Below, one piece after another: positions 47,641 to 59,190 of a DNA stretch of 64,000 nucleotides. The stretch is taken from contig NC_042998.1 in the NCBI RefSeq assembly GCF_006345805.1, positions 34,348,001 to 34,412,000 of the forward strand, in the 5' to 3' direction. The position numbers and the translations under genes are program-made. The notes under the pieces are model-generated. The model had not been told where the DNA came from. It saw only the letters and a list, made by a program, of their open reading frames with translations, and ran no database searches. This stretch comes from Octopus sinensis. Lineage: Eukaryota. Position 1 is the stretch's first letter, and every line of letters starts with the position of its first letter.

Positions 47641-48459
47641 ATTACAACATGTTGTTTACGTTGCTTGGTCCCTGCTCAGTTATGGTCAAGCAACTTTATT
47701 TCAAACAAGACCATACCATATTTGTGTGTGTGTGTGTTTTTTTTGGCATACAGTGGTAAGAACTACATTACTTAATGCTTCCTTTCTAATACAATAAGAT
47801 GTGAGCTGAGGGAGGTTTAGCTGCTATTTCTAGTAAGTTGAATGACCACATAGAGGCATATTCTAGGCTTGCAGAGATGACCAAGATTCTGATCCATCAG
47901 ATTTAATACTTTAGGGCATTGTCCTTCTATATTCTTAATCTCAATCTTGCCTGTGCCGTCCTTTATCTTCGCATGTTTGATAATTTGTTTCCCTCTGACT
48001 TTTTCTTGCTTCATCTCTCCTCTTAAGTCTTTCTAAAGTCCATCTATTCTCATCTTAACTCTTAATTCACTTCTGCGTCCTCCTTCTTTACTCAGCAGCT
48101 AATTCATTCACTTTACATGTCTTATATCAGTGCTGTTGTTGTATCTTCTATCCTGTGATCAAAAGACCCAAGCTTAACATGCCTAAACCTCACTTACGTG
48201 TATCAAACATTTTGTTCTCTTTTTATCTCTTTATAAGCTTTATTGAGAAAAACCACAATTTAAGTTAATTCACTTGGAGATAGAAATGATAGAAATTAAA
48301 TCTAAGTGCAAGATAAAGCTGAAATGAAATACAGTTTGGGTTTGTACCATGATGCAGAATCTCATATTGCATATTTCTAATGTGATCGCAGCCAGATAAT
48401 TAACGAATCTCATGTTTTTATATTTAACTAATAACTAATTTGAATATCTCTACATATAA

Positions 48460-48750
48460 GCTGTGTGGTAAGGAGCTTGCTTCCCAACCATATGGTTCTG
48501 GGTTCAGTCCCTCTTAGTGGAATCTTGGGCAAGTGTCTTCTGCTATAGCCTAGGGCTGACCAAAGCCTTGTGAGTGGATTTGGTAGATGGAAACTGAAAG
48601 AAGCTCATTGTATGTATATATATATATATATATCACGTGATCACGTGACCGACCAGACCATCAGATGTTGTTACATATCGCTGGTCATAATGCGTTCCCA
48701 TTGTTTTAGCCTTCGAATGATGCCACCCCGCTGGCTAAGCGAGCAGGCCA
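48460..48750 (+). mobile_element. 5' half of SINE A followed by a minus-strand 3' fragment of the 24243-type SINE D
   Basis: ctgtgtggtaaggagcttgc...; tcacgtgaccgaccagaccatcagatgttg matches 24243-24350. Confidence 0.7.
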
Positions 48751-48768
48751 ATATATATATATATATAA

Positions 48769-48804
<36 letters not shown>

Positions 48805-48809
48805 GGAGT

Positions 48810-49365
48810 GGTTTCAGTATATAATGATGAAATTATTGTATGCAGTGCTCAGGTGCACCACAACTTGTCAAAAGTGCATATAAAGCATATGCAGTAATGT
48901 GCAAATGTCTGGAAAGCGAACAGTGTATGAGTCAGATACGTGCTTGTGTGTGTATGGAGGGGAGAAAATCAGGTGTAGTGTTGGCGAATCTCAGGAAGTG
49001 TGCAAGTTTTGAAGGATGCAGTGCTCCGACAACTAACAACTGATGCTGGCAGTTTGTTCCATGCTTCAGCAACTTTTAGTGTGAAAAAATGTTTCCGAAA
49101 GTCATGGGAGCTGTGCTGTTTTCTGACTTTGTAAACATGTCCATGGGTGTTAGACAGGTGGAGTTTGAAAAGGTGCTCAGAGTTATTGTTTGTTAAGCTG
49201 GTTAATAGTTTTATGGGTGTCTACCAAGTCAGCTGCCAGACGTCGGAGTTTCAATGTGTCTATGCCCAGGGAAGTAAGATGTTCAGAATATGGCAAATAC
49301 CTGATGGAGGGTATTCTCTTGGTTGCACGTCGCTGAACAGCTTCCAGACGATTAAAGATTGTTCA
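48810..49365 (-). pseudogene. 3' fragment of a second CR1/L2-type LINE
   Basis: Minus strand NRLEAVQRRATKRIPSIRYLPYSEHLTSLGIDTLKLRRLAADL, then after a frameshift THGHVYKVRKQ...RKHFFTLKVAEAWNKLPASVV. Confidence 0.85.
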
Positions 49366-49699
49366 GCTGAAAAGAAAATGCTCTCTCTCGCTTAACTGTT
49401 CACAATTTTATCCTCTAAAACATTAAACAGTAGAAGTAGAAGTTTTAACTATGTAAATATAGTTTCTTGTGCAAGAATTAATATTGAACCTATTTCAAGG
49501 TTTAAATGTATACCTATTATTAGCTAGTAATCTAAAACTTTAACTACTTAGCACATCAAGTCAGACTATCTTGTTTTCAAAGATAAATTTAAGTGTTGGA
49601 ATATGAGATAAAACTTTTTTTTTCAGTCTATTATTTGAAAGCTTCCTGGAAATTATGAAAACTCTGCAACCTCTTATGATACTCACTTACTTTGTTTAG

Positions 49700-49760
49700 A
49701 AATTTTATCTCCTTGGTTGATTCAGTTGCATTCTGGGATACTTCTTCAGATGCAGCTCAC
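49700..49760 (+). CDS. Candidate internal exon
   Basis: actcacttactttgtttAG / GTGAGA; 61 nt; frame NFISLVDSVAFWDTSSDAAH (alternative frame ILSPWLIQLHSGILLQMQL). Confidence 0.35.
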
Positions 49761-49928
49761 GTGAGAAAAGACAAAATATATTTCTGTTTACCTTGAAATT
49801 GAAATTTAATCTCCTTCTTTTAAGCCTTACTAAATTTGGCAAATAGAGATATTGCTCCATCACGTGTATTTGCTCTTCTGAAAGGTGCACTGAGTTTTTA
49901 TTTCTTTTTAGGCCATTTTATTTACTAA

Positions 49929-50314
49929 CTAGCAGTATCGCCCGGCGTTGCTCAGCTTTGTAAGGGAAATAACTATAAAGCATTTTTAGAGAGTTATAGC
50001 CAAAAAATAGCAAAAAAATGGAAAAAAAATTATGATAAATTTTTTTTTGAGAGTTAAAAAAGGTTGAGTTGCGTCCACTAGACAGTCTGTGGTTTGTGTT
50101 TCTAATTCTCGACCCCATGTCGAATTTATCGATTTTTTTCAGAACTGGGGAAACTTTTCAAAATTTTCGCTGCGTTAGTTTTGAATTATGACATTGGGCT
50201 ATGTGTGTGTCAAGTTTCATCAGAATCGGTTGAAAGCCGTGGTCAGGGTGAGGGTACAACCTGACAGACACACAGAAACACACACAGACAAACTGCCGTT
50301 TATATAGAGAGAGA
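49929..50314 (-). mobile_element. Non-autonomous Helitron-type element, subfamily 2
   Basis: Reverse complement of about 37715-38099; A|TC...CTAG|T. Confidence 0.87.
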
Positions 50315-50332
50315 TGCATCAATGAGAACAAT

Positions 50333-50727
50333 ACTCTTTTTACTCTTTTACTTGTTTCAGTATTTGACTGTGGACATGCTGCAGCACCGCCTTTAGTCGA
50401 GCAAATCGACCCCAGGACTTATTCTTTGTAAGCCTAGTACTTATTCTATCGGTCTCTTTTGACAAACTGCTAAGTTACGGAGGCGTAAACACACAACCAT
50501 TGGTTGTCAAGCGATGGTCGGGGGACAAACACAGACACACAAACATATACACACACATATATATTTATATATACATATATGCAACAGACTTCTTTCAGTT
50601 TCCGTCTACCAAATCCAGCACGAAGCTATAGTAGAAGACACCTGCCCAAGGTGCCACGCAGTGGGACTGAACCCAGAACCATGTGGTTGGTAAGCAAGCT
50701 ACTTACCACACAGCCACTCCTGCGTCT
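50333..50727 (-). mobile_element. SINE A
   Basis: Family match with an internal deletion. Confidence 0.85.
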
Positions 50728-51299
50728 ATGTAATCATCTCTTCTTGCTATACACCTTAATTGGTCAATCTACTGCAGGTATGAAATAAAAAATTCTTTGA
50801 GAGTATCGAAAGAAAAGTAGAAGTGCTTGCAATTAAAGCATCATTATCAGAAACTGATAACGATGCTTAATTAACGAGTAATAAAGGATTAAGGGCAAAT
50901 TTATGAATAATTTTTTTTTGTTTTCATTTTTGTTCTGCATAACAATAATACATTGAATGATTAATTGATCACAATCTAGGGTTAGTAACCGAACTCATTA
51001 ACACAGTTTTAGAATAATTGCAAATATAGAGAACATATAACGAGAAAAACAAATCAAGAACTTGTGTTTTTTTTTTCCTTTCTGTTGCTGTGTTCTGATA
51101 AACTTCAGAAAAACAAGAATTTTTATTTTTCAAAAAGTACACACTGCATACAATTTATTACTTTATTACTTTAACAATTTTTTTTTTAAATTACAAAGAA
51201 ATATTTAACCGAAATTCAAAATGTTAATTATGAAATATAATGAATTTGACAATATCATCAATGATATGACAAAACTACTTTTTTCTCATTGTCCTTTGG

Positions 51300-51491
51300 G
51301 ACGGTCGTTACACCAATAATAATAAACACACACACTGGTTTGATATCACTTTATTATTGTTAGTCAGTTGGTTAAAAATCTAACCAATTATTTGTTTAAT
51401 GTGCTGGTTTAAACGATCGGTTGGTTGTTTGTTAGTCAAAGTCCTTTCATCGCTATTTGCAACTTCTTCAATGACTCTCTTCAAGGTAAGT
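51300..51491 (+). promoter_or_regulatory. Candidate TSS/first exon
   Basis: Unique CpG-retaining sequence, CCAAT motifs, TCAGTT Inr-like at 51364-51369, CAAG|GTAAGT donor at 51486. Confidence 0.25.
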
Positions 51492-51846
51492 GATGTTGAA
51501 CCGGTGTGTGTTATTATCATTAGCTTAATGACCCTCCCAAGACACAAAAAGATTTGTTTCAACACATGAATTCACATCAAGAATTTTGCAAATCAAATAC
51601 ACAAACTATTTTCCCTCAGTTTCATTATATTAACTTTGCATGTGCCTTCTTTTATTGTTTCATCTGTAAGAATTAATTTTATAAGGTCAAATTCTGATTA
51701 CAAAATTTGACCATATAAAGTTACTTACAAAACCTTACTTAATCCATCTCTATTATCAAAACCTTGCTTAAACCATCCTTACACACCTGTCCTATCATCT
51801 CTGCACTTCTTTATTCAACATATTTCCCATTGCATATAATGTCATG

Positions 51847-52230
51847 TGTGGAGGTGCAATGGCCCAGTGGTTAGGGCAGCAGAATCGTGGTTATGGGATT
51901 GCAGTTTCAATCCACAGACCAGGCGTTGTGAGTGTTTATTGAGCGAAAACACCTAAAGCTCCACAAGGTTCTGGCAGAGGGTGGTGGTGAACCCTGCTGT
52001 ACTTTTTCACCACAACTTCCTCTCAACTTTTCTTCCTGTTTCTGTTGTACCTGTATTTCAAAGGGCCAGCCTTGTCACACTCTGTGTCATGTTGAATCTC
52101 CCCGAGAACTACGTTAAGGGTACACGTGTCTGTGGAGTGCTCAGCCACTTGCACATTAATTTCACGAGCAGGCTGTTCCGTTGATTGGATCAACTGGAAC
52201 CCTTGCCGTCGTAACCGACGTAGTGCCTCG
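51847..52230 (+). mobile_element. SINE D, full length
   Basis: tRNA-like head gtggaggtgcaatggcccagtggttaggg...gtttcaatcc; body gtatttcaaagggccagcc...aaccgacg. Confidence 0.85.
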
Positions 52231-52504
52231 ATAATATGTCCTGTGTGTATACACTAGCATGCTTGTGTATAGAGAGGTAGGGAAATTCTTGTGCTCTTTG
52301 GTTAGTGGTGGATTAATTCATTATGAGTCAAGACAAAAAAATCCTGCTCTTTTTTGACAGAAACATATGGAAACACATTATAATGACAGGTTATTGCACT
52401 TTAGTTTTCATATTTGAAGTGTTTCCTTTTCAGCAGAGTAGGTGGGGGGGGGGCGAAATAACTGTTAAACTATTACTGTCAGATCTTGTTTACAGTGAGT
52501 TTAA

Positions 52505-52711
52505 CCCTTTCATTACTGTATTTATTTTGAGATGCTCAGTGTTTCTTTCAATCAGTTTTAAATATAACAAAGAATTTAGTAAAATAACTTAGTTATCATT
52601 CAGCTAGTGTTAGGAGCATAAATTGTGGAAGATTTGAATTCAGAACTTATGAAAACAAGGCATTTGTACTCAGAGCCAGAGCTGGTTTCAGGTGAATTGG
52701 TAACGAAAGAG
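52505..52711. mobile_element. piggyBac-like MITE (reverse orientation)
   Basis: TTAA|CCCTTTCATTAC...GTAACGAAAGAG|TTAA. Confidence 0.78.
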
Positions 52712-52837
52712 TTAATGTTTTCACGTATTTATTGATTGGCTGAATTTATGAAGAATGAGATAAGACAATCTTGTTTAAAAAAGACATAATGCTTTGACAT
52801 GCTTGCATTACCAGTATTTATGTTTTGTAAAATGGGA

Positions 52838-53285
52838 AAAGCGGTGAGCTAGCAGGATTGTTAGCACACCAGGTAAAATGCTTAGTGGCAATTTGTCTGC
52901 TTTTACACTCTGAGTTCAAATTCTGCTGAGGTCCACTTTGCCTTTCATCTTTTTGGGGTCAATAAAATAAGTGCCAGTTGAGCACTAGCATTGGTGTAAT
53001 CTACTTATCCCTCCCCCAATCTTGCTGGTCTTGTGCCAGGATTTGAACCAATATTAATACACATCTAAGGCACTGAACTGGCAGAATTATTATCATGCGA
53101 GGCAAAACGCTTAGTATCATTTCGTCCATCTTTATGTTCTGAGTTCAATTTCTACCGAGGTCCACTTTTTCTTTTCACCCTTTCAGGGTCGGTAAAATAA
53201 GTACCAGTTGTGCAATGGGGGTCAATGTAATTGGCTTACTCCTCTCCTAAAATTGCTGGCCTTGTGCCAAAATTGGAAACCAAAT
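52838..53285 (+). mobile_element. Two SINE B copies
   Basis: Heads at about 52840 and 53068. Confidence 0.75.
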
Positions 53286-53381
53286 ATTCTATAGTATGAA
53301 AGAGAAAAAATAAGCTGTCCCCTGGTAATCCTGCAATCATAAGGTTAGTGCATGTCACTGGCTTTTGTAGCATTTAACAAA

Positions 53382-53776
53382 TCTCTTTCTATATAAAGAG
53401 CTGAAGTTGTCTGTGTGTAGCAGGTTTGGTAGCCTTCAACTAAAACTATCTCCTCCGAGACCCTGCTGTGTAAGTTGACCAAAATTGAGAGTATGATAGA
53501 AGAAGGCTTGCTCTTCCTTCTTTAGAAGAAAAAATTAAAATCGGACCATGTTAACACCAAAAATTATTTACATCAAAAAGGTGCTTTTTTTCTATGAAAA
53601 TCCCTATTTTTTTACGATCTTTTGGCTGATGTGTCGCCATTTTTCAGTGTATTTCAACCAGAAAAATGTTCACTTAAAGAGAATAACAAGCTACATAATG
53701 CAAAATTTTTACTCTTCAAAAATTCCAATTCTAAAGGGTCGAAACTAACCCGAGCAACGCCGGGCGATACTGCTAG
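53382..53776 (+). mobile_element. Non-autonomous Helitron-type element, subfamily 1
   Basis: A|TCTCTTTCTATATAAAGAGC...cccgagcaacgccgggcgatactgCTAG|T; reverse complement of about 12868-13260. Confidence 0.87.
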
Positions 53777-54255
53777 TGCAGAATAAAATCTTTCCCTGTT
53801 TATCAGGTGAGTTGATCACAAGCAGATTTCCTAATGGGAAAAATTGAATTATAACACCTCAAGCCAACAAAATATTAATTAGTCTTGTTGTGTTCATGCT
53901 GTTAACAATAGAGAATTACACTGCCTTCAGTAATTGTTTATAACGAGCTGGACTTGGCTGTTGGTGTCTAAGTATTTAAGTGTTTTCCCTCCCAGATATT
54001 AAGTATATTTTAAAATGTTGCCTTGAGAATTTGATTTATGTACATAATAAAGCACAATTCAAGACTTAGTAGCCTTGTGCCTTATCCATTCATAAAATTT
54101 ATATCTATATTAGCCTCTCAAGATAAGCCTCGCCTTTGTTGAGAGGGGTTGGTTAAGTTTGATGTGGAAAACACTGACATGGAGACTGGATATGCAAGTG
54201 ACATTCGTTCGCTTTTGTTTGGATTTAGCATTGTTGAATCCAATATTTATTTACA

Positions 54256-54485
54256 CTTTACTCTTTTACTTGTTTCAGTCATGTGACTGTGGCCATGCTG
54301 GAGCATCGCCTTTAGACGAGCAAATCGACCCCAAGACTTATTCTTTGTAAGCCTAGTACTTATTCTGTCGGTCTCTTTTGCCGAACCGCTAAGTTGCGGG
54401 GGACGTAAACACACCACCATCGGTTGTCAAGCGATGTTGGGGGGGGGGGACAAACACAGACACACAAACATACACACACACATAC

Positions 54486-54517
<32 letters not shown>

Positions 54518-54687
54518 CTATATACGATGGGCTTCTTTCAGTTTCCGTCTACCAAATCCACTAACAAGGCTTTGGTTGGCCCGAGGCTATAGTAGAAGAC
54601 ATTTGCCCAAGGTGCCACGCAGTGGAACTGAACCAAGAACCATGTGGTTGGTGTGCAAAATACTTACCACACAGCCACTCCTGCACC
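54256..54687 (-). mobile_element. SINE A, full length
   Basis: Family match. Confidence 0.88.
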
Positions 54688-54761
54688 TTTAGAATCTTTC
54701 ATTTCAAGAATCTCTCTTTAGAAATGAAAAAAAATAAATAAACAGAAAAACTTTTACATTA

Positions 54762-54956
54762 TTTACATTTGACGGATATTTGTCCTCATCTTGTTTGTTG
54801 TTAACACGACGTTTCGGCTGATACCTTAGGAATGAGAACCTGGGTTTGCATTCCTAAGGTATCTTTCGATGTTGCTGTTGTTGTTATTATTATTATCATT
54901 ATTATTTTTATTTTATTATTCAGGTCACAGCGTGTAATCGATTCCAGGCTGTGACT

Positions 54957-55005
<49 letters not shown>

Positions 55006-55135
55006 TGATAATAACATCGAAAAATACCTTAGGAATGAAAACCCAGATTCATAATTTCCCCATGACACCTGATGAAATGTGTTAACAGCAAACAAGATGA
55101 GGGCAAATATCTGTGAAATGTAAATAATGTACATA
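54762..55135. mobile_element. Head-to-head palindrome of two truncated tRNA-HHR SINE copies
   Basis: Centre aatcgatt (54936-54943); both arms match the 34930-35166 element and carry complementary deletions in the hammerhead. Confidence 0.75.
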
Positions 55136-55382
55136 ATTCCTCATCTCTTAAATATAGAACAGAAAAGGACTTGCCTTGAGTCTAGAGGAGAAACTGTAAG
55201 GGTTTGTATTTAAATTAACACCATTCAAACTACTTTGAGCGTCACATTCTGCTTAGAAGGATTGCTCAGCTTCAGAGAAAGCTCATTGCAACATGCGATG
55301 GTAAATAGATGTAGTTGCAACAGAAGATTAGCTGATGAGTTGACAGTGTTGATGAGCTTATAGTGTTTACTGCTGAGTTTCT

Positions 55383-55800
55383 GATCATCATCATCATCAT
55401 CATCATCATTGTTTAACGTCTGCTTTCCATGCTGGCATGGGTTGGACGGTTTGACTGAGGACTGGTGAGCCAGAAGGCTACCCCAGGCTCCAATCGAATC
55501 TGGCAATGTTTCTACAGCTGGATGCCCTTCCTAATGCCAACCACTCTGAGAGTGTAGTGGGTACTTTTTATGTGCCACCTGCATGGGACCAGTCAGGCGG
55601 TGCTGGCATTGACCACCCTCGAATGGTGCTTTTTACGTGCCACCAGCACGGGAGACAGTCAGAGGGCACTGGCATCGACGACGCTCAAATGGTGCATTTT
55701 ATGTGCCACCGGCACAGGTGCCAATCAGGCAGTACTGTCATCGGCCACGACAATGACTTCACTTGCCTCAGCAGGTCTTCACAAGCACAGTTTATTGCCC
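55383..55800 (-). mobile_element. Orphan RTE 3'UTR
   Basis: (CAT)n...cttgcctcagcaggtcttcacaag. Confidence 0.82.
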
Positions 55801-56139
55801 AATGATTGAACGGTACTCTTAAAAGGGCTGATGTGTAGATAAATATTGAAGGGGTCGCCACAGATAAAGACAAATGGTAAAAAGGAGTTACAGAGTGATG
55901 CCGTAGTTTTTGTAGTTGCATGCAGTGCAGTATATATTTCACTTTGTAAAGCTTATGATGCACTTGAAAGAGAATTGCCTTGAGTGTTGAATGTTTTATT
56001 TTGCTGGTTAAAAACAGGTTCCACTCCTACTTCCTTGTTGGGTGGTTAGCAGAAAGAATGACATCCAGCTATAATAACAACTTCTCTGAGCAAAAGACCT
56101 TAGTCTACCCAGGGAAAATGTGGAAAGAAAAAAATGGAG

Positions 56140-56147
56140 TAAAAACA

Positions 56148-56178
<31 letters not shown>

Positions 56179-56255
56179 CATGCGTATGTGTGTTTGTGTG
56201 TGTGTGTGCGTGTGTGTGTGCATGTATGTGTGTGTGCGTGTATATATATATATAT

Positions 56256-56292
<37 letters not shown>

Positions 56293-56515
56293 TATATATA
56301 TATATACAGACAGATAACTAGATAGATAGACGAGTAAATAGAAAGAGAGAGAGAGATAAGTAAATAGAAAGAGAGAGAGAGAGACAGGTAAATAGAGAGA
56401 GAGAGAGAAGTAAATAGATAGATAGATAGATAGAGAGATAAGTATATAGATAGAGAGAGACAAGTAGATAGATAGAGAGATAGGTATATAGATAGATAGA
56501 TAGATAGATATGTAC
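56140..56515. repeat. (TG)n/(TA)n/(GA)n/(GATA)n compound microsatellite
   Basis: Directly visible. Confidence 0.9.
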
Positions 56516-56624
56516 AGGTAGGAGACCCATTGCACATCTAAGCCAACAAAACACAAAACATTGAATAATATGGAACTGAGTCATGTGTGTTTGTGTGTAT
56601 TTTTTTCATTCTTTCTTCTATTCA

Positions 56625-56900
56625 TTTATGCATTTCAGCCCAAAAGTCGTGGCCATGCTGGGGCACCACCAGTGTTATCACCTTTTCAATGGCCATTCTC
56701 TGTGATTGGCTTTTGGTGGCTTTTGCTACCCTGCCCTCTTTTGAGTTTCTCGCTGTGATGCAGTTTCATCTGGGACCTTGGACAGTGGAAGGTGAAGATG
56801 CTTCTTGGAAACATCTACACCGTCTCCATGTTATTCTCTCGGATGTTTTGGCAAGGAACGAGAGAGATGGAATTGTTTGTGTCTCCGTAAATATGTGTGA
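56625..56900 (-). pseudogene. Decayed 3' end of CR1-type LINE
   Basis: Minus strand LPKHPRE*HGDGVDVSKKHLHLPLSKVPDETASQRETQKRA, then tail ggtggtgccccagcatggccacgac. Confidence 0.7.
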
Positions 56901-57609
56901 AGAATCTAAAGTGTCAGTGATCTGTCCCTTATAAATCAATTCGGGACGTAGAAGACGGAAGATAAATTCTTGCCTTTCTGTTCCTTACGCTGCCAAATTG
57001 ATATTTATCTTAAAAGATCTGATGTTATTGATAAAATAACTATTGCAGGGGTTTGTCAGTGTCTGTGATTTGTCATGGATCTCGTACGAGATAACGTTCA
57101 ATGATTAAGACACATTTCTACTATAAAGTCAATGTTATCAAACTCATTAGCTTTGTCAGTGTGGCCTTGCTAGTAGCAGCAGTACACTGATGTGAATAAT
57201 TGAAACTTGTAGATGCTGATTGATCTCATCAGTTATCTTGATTTGCTCTTGTCTTTGGAATATATAATTAGCACCGACGACAGATTCCCTTCGTTCTTTT
57301 CCTTTCTCTCAGCCATTAGATATTGATGAAAATAATGATTTCATTTCATTAAGCTTCGAGCTAATGTTTTCTTTCTTTTTCTGTTTTTTCCTTCTGTTTT
57401 TGTTTGTTTGTTTGTTCATGTTAGTAATGATAGATTTTTCGTGTGAATTCCCTCACATGTTACTGGTATCTATTATAATGGTGATTGTGAGAGCAGTTTC
57501 AATTCTGTTATGAGAACTAATTAATATAAACTCGTCCTTTATTCACCAGATGCTGTATCTCCTGAGCCTTCAGCTATTGAAACCATAAAAGGGTTTTAAT
57601 ATTCATTTC

Positions 57610-57998
57610 TACTCTAGGCACAAGGCTTGAAATTATGGGGAAGGGGGCCAGTTGATTAGATCGATCCCAGTACACAACTGGTACTTAGTTTATCGACCCC
57701 GAAACAATGAAAGGCAAAGTCGACCTCGACGGAATTTGAACTCAGAATGTAAAGACAGACAAAATACTATTTCTTTATTACCCACAAGGGGTTAAACACA
57801 GAGAGGACAAACAAGGACAGACAAATGGATTAACTCGATTACATCGACCCAAGTGCGTAACTGGTTCTTAATTTATCTACTCTGTAATGACGAAAGGCAA
57901 AGTCGACCTCGGTGGAATTTGAACTCAGAACGTAGCGGCAGACGAAATACCGCTAAGCATATGCCCGGCATGCTAACAATTCTGCCAACTCGCCACCT
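57610..57998 (-). mobile_element. SINE B dimer
   Basis: Junction caaaatactatttctttattacccacaagggg. Confidence 0.85.
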
Positions 57999-58064
57999 AT
58001 TGTTAATTTTCTTATCAATACTCTTTCCCCCTCTCTCTATCTCTCTCCCTTCTTTTTCACTCTT

Positions 58065-58101
<37 letters not shown>

Positions 58102-58569
58102 TACAACTGGACAACTGGGTTCTTCGTCATAATGAGTTCAATTCCTCTTAACCAGAATGTGTTTTGAACCCTTGGACAAGGCACTTTACTTCATTTTGGT
58201 TCCATCCACTCACCTGACAAAAATGAATATTAAAACTGATAGAGAAGCAAAGTTAATGAATAACCTTCAGACATTAAGAGGGATATGACCCGCAGTTGGA
58301 CAGCCATTTTCTCTCTCATGCCTTCCCTTTTATATACATCAATATGCACTATTATAATACTTACACACAAATATACATATATGTGTATGTATGTATATAT
58401 ATATATATACACACTCACATACACTGGCTTTAATCACAAATCACAACCATTGTTGTGATTTGTAATTAAAGCCTGGTCAATCCATCTTGTTTTATAAATG
58501 TTTATATAAATACTGCAAACACTAACAGATTTCGACATGTATTTCCAGTAAAAGGAGTAATCCTGCTGC

Positions 58570-58587
58570 ATGATGTGTGTATGTGTG

Positions 58588-58641
<54 letters not shown>

Positions 58642-58880
58642 ATGTATGTATGATGTATATATATATATATGTATGTATGACGTATATATATGTGTGACAT
58701 ATATATATGTGTGTGTGTGTATGTATGACGTATATATATATATATATATATATGATGTATATATATGTATATATATGTATATATATACATGTATGTATAT
58801 ATGCATGATGTATATATATATATATATGTATATATGCATGATGTATATATATATATGTATATATGTATGATGTATATATG

Positions 58881-58939
<59 letters not shown>

Positions 58940-59052
58940 ATATGTATATATATACATGTATGTATATATGTATATATGTATGATGTATATGTATATATGT
59001 ATGATGTATATGTATATATGTATATATGTATGTATGTATGATGTATATATAG

Positions 59053-59083
<31 letters not shown>

Positions 59084-59190
59084 ATATGTATGCATGATAT
59101 ATATATGTATATATGTGTGTGTATGTATGTATATATATGTATGTGTATATATATATATATATTATATATATAATATATATACATACATAT
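58570..59190. repeat. (TA)n/TATG/ATGATG low-complexity tract
   Basis: Directly visible. Confidence 0.93.
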
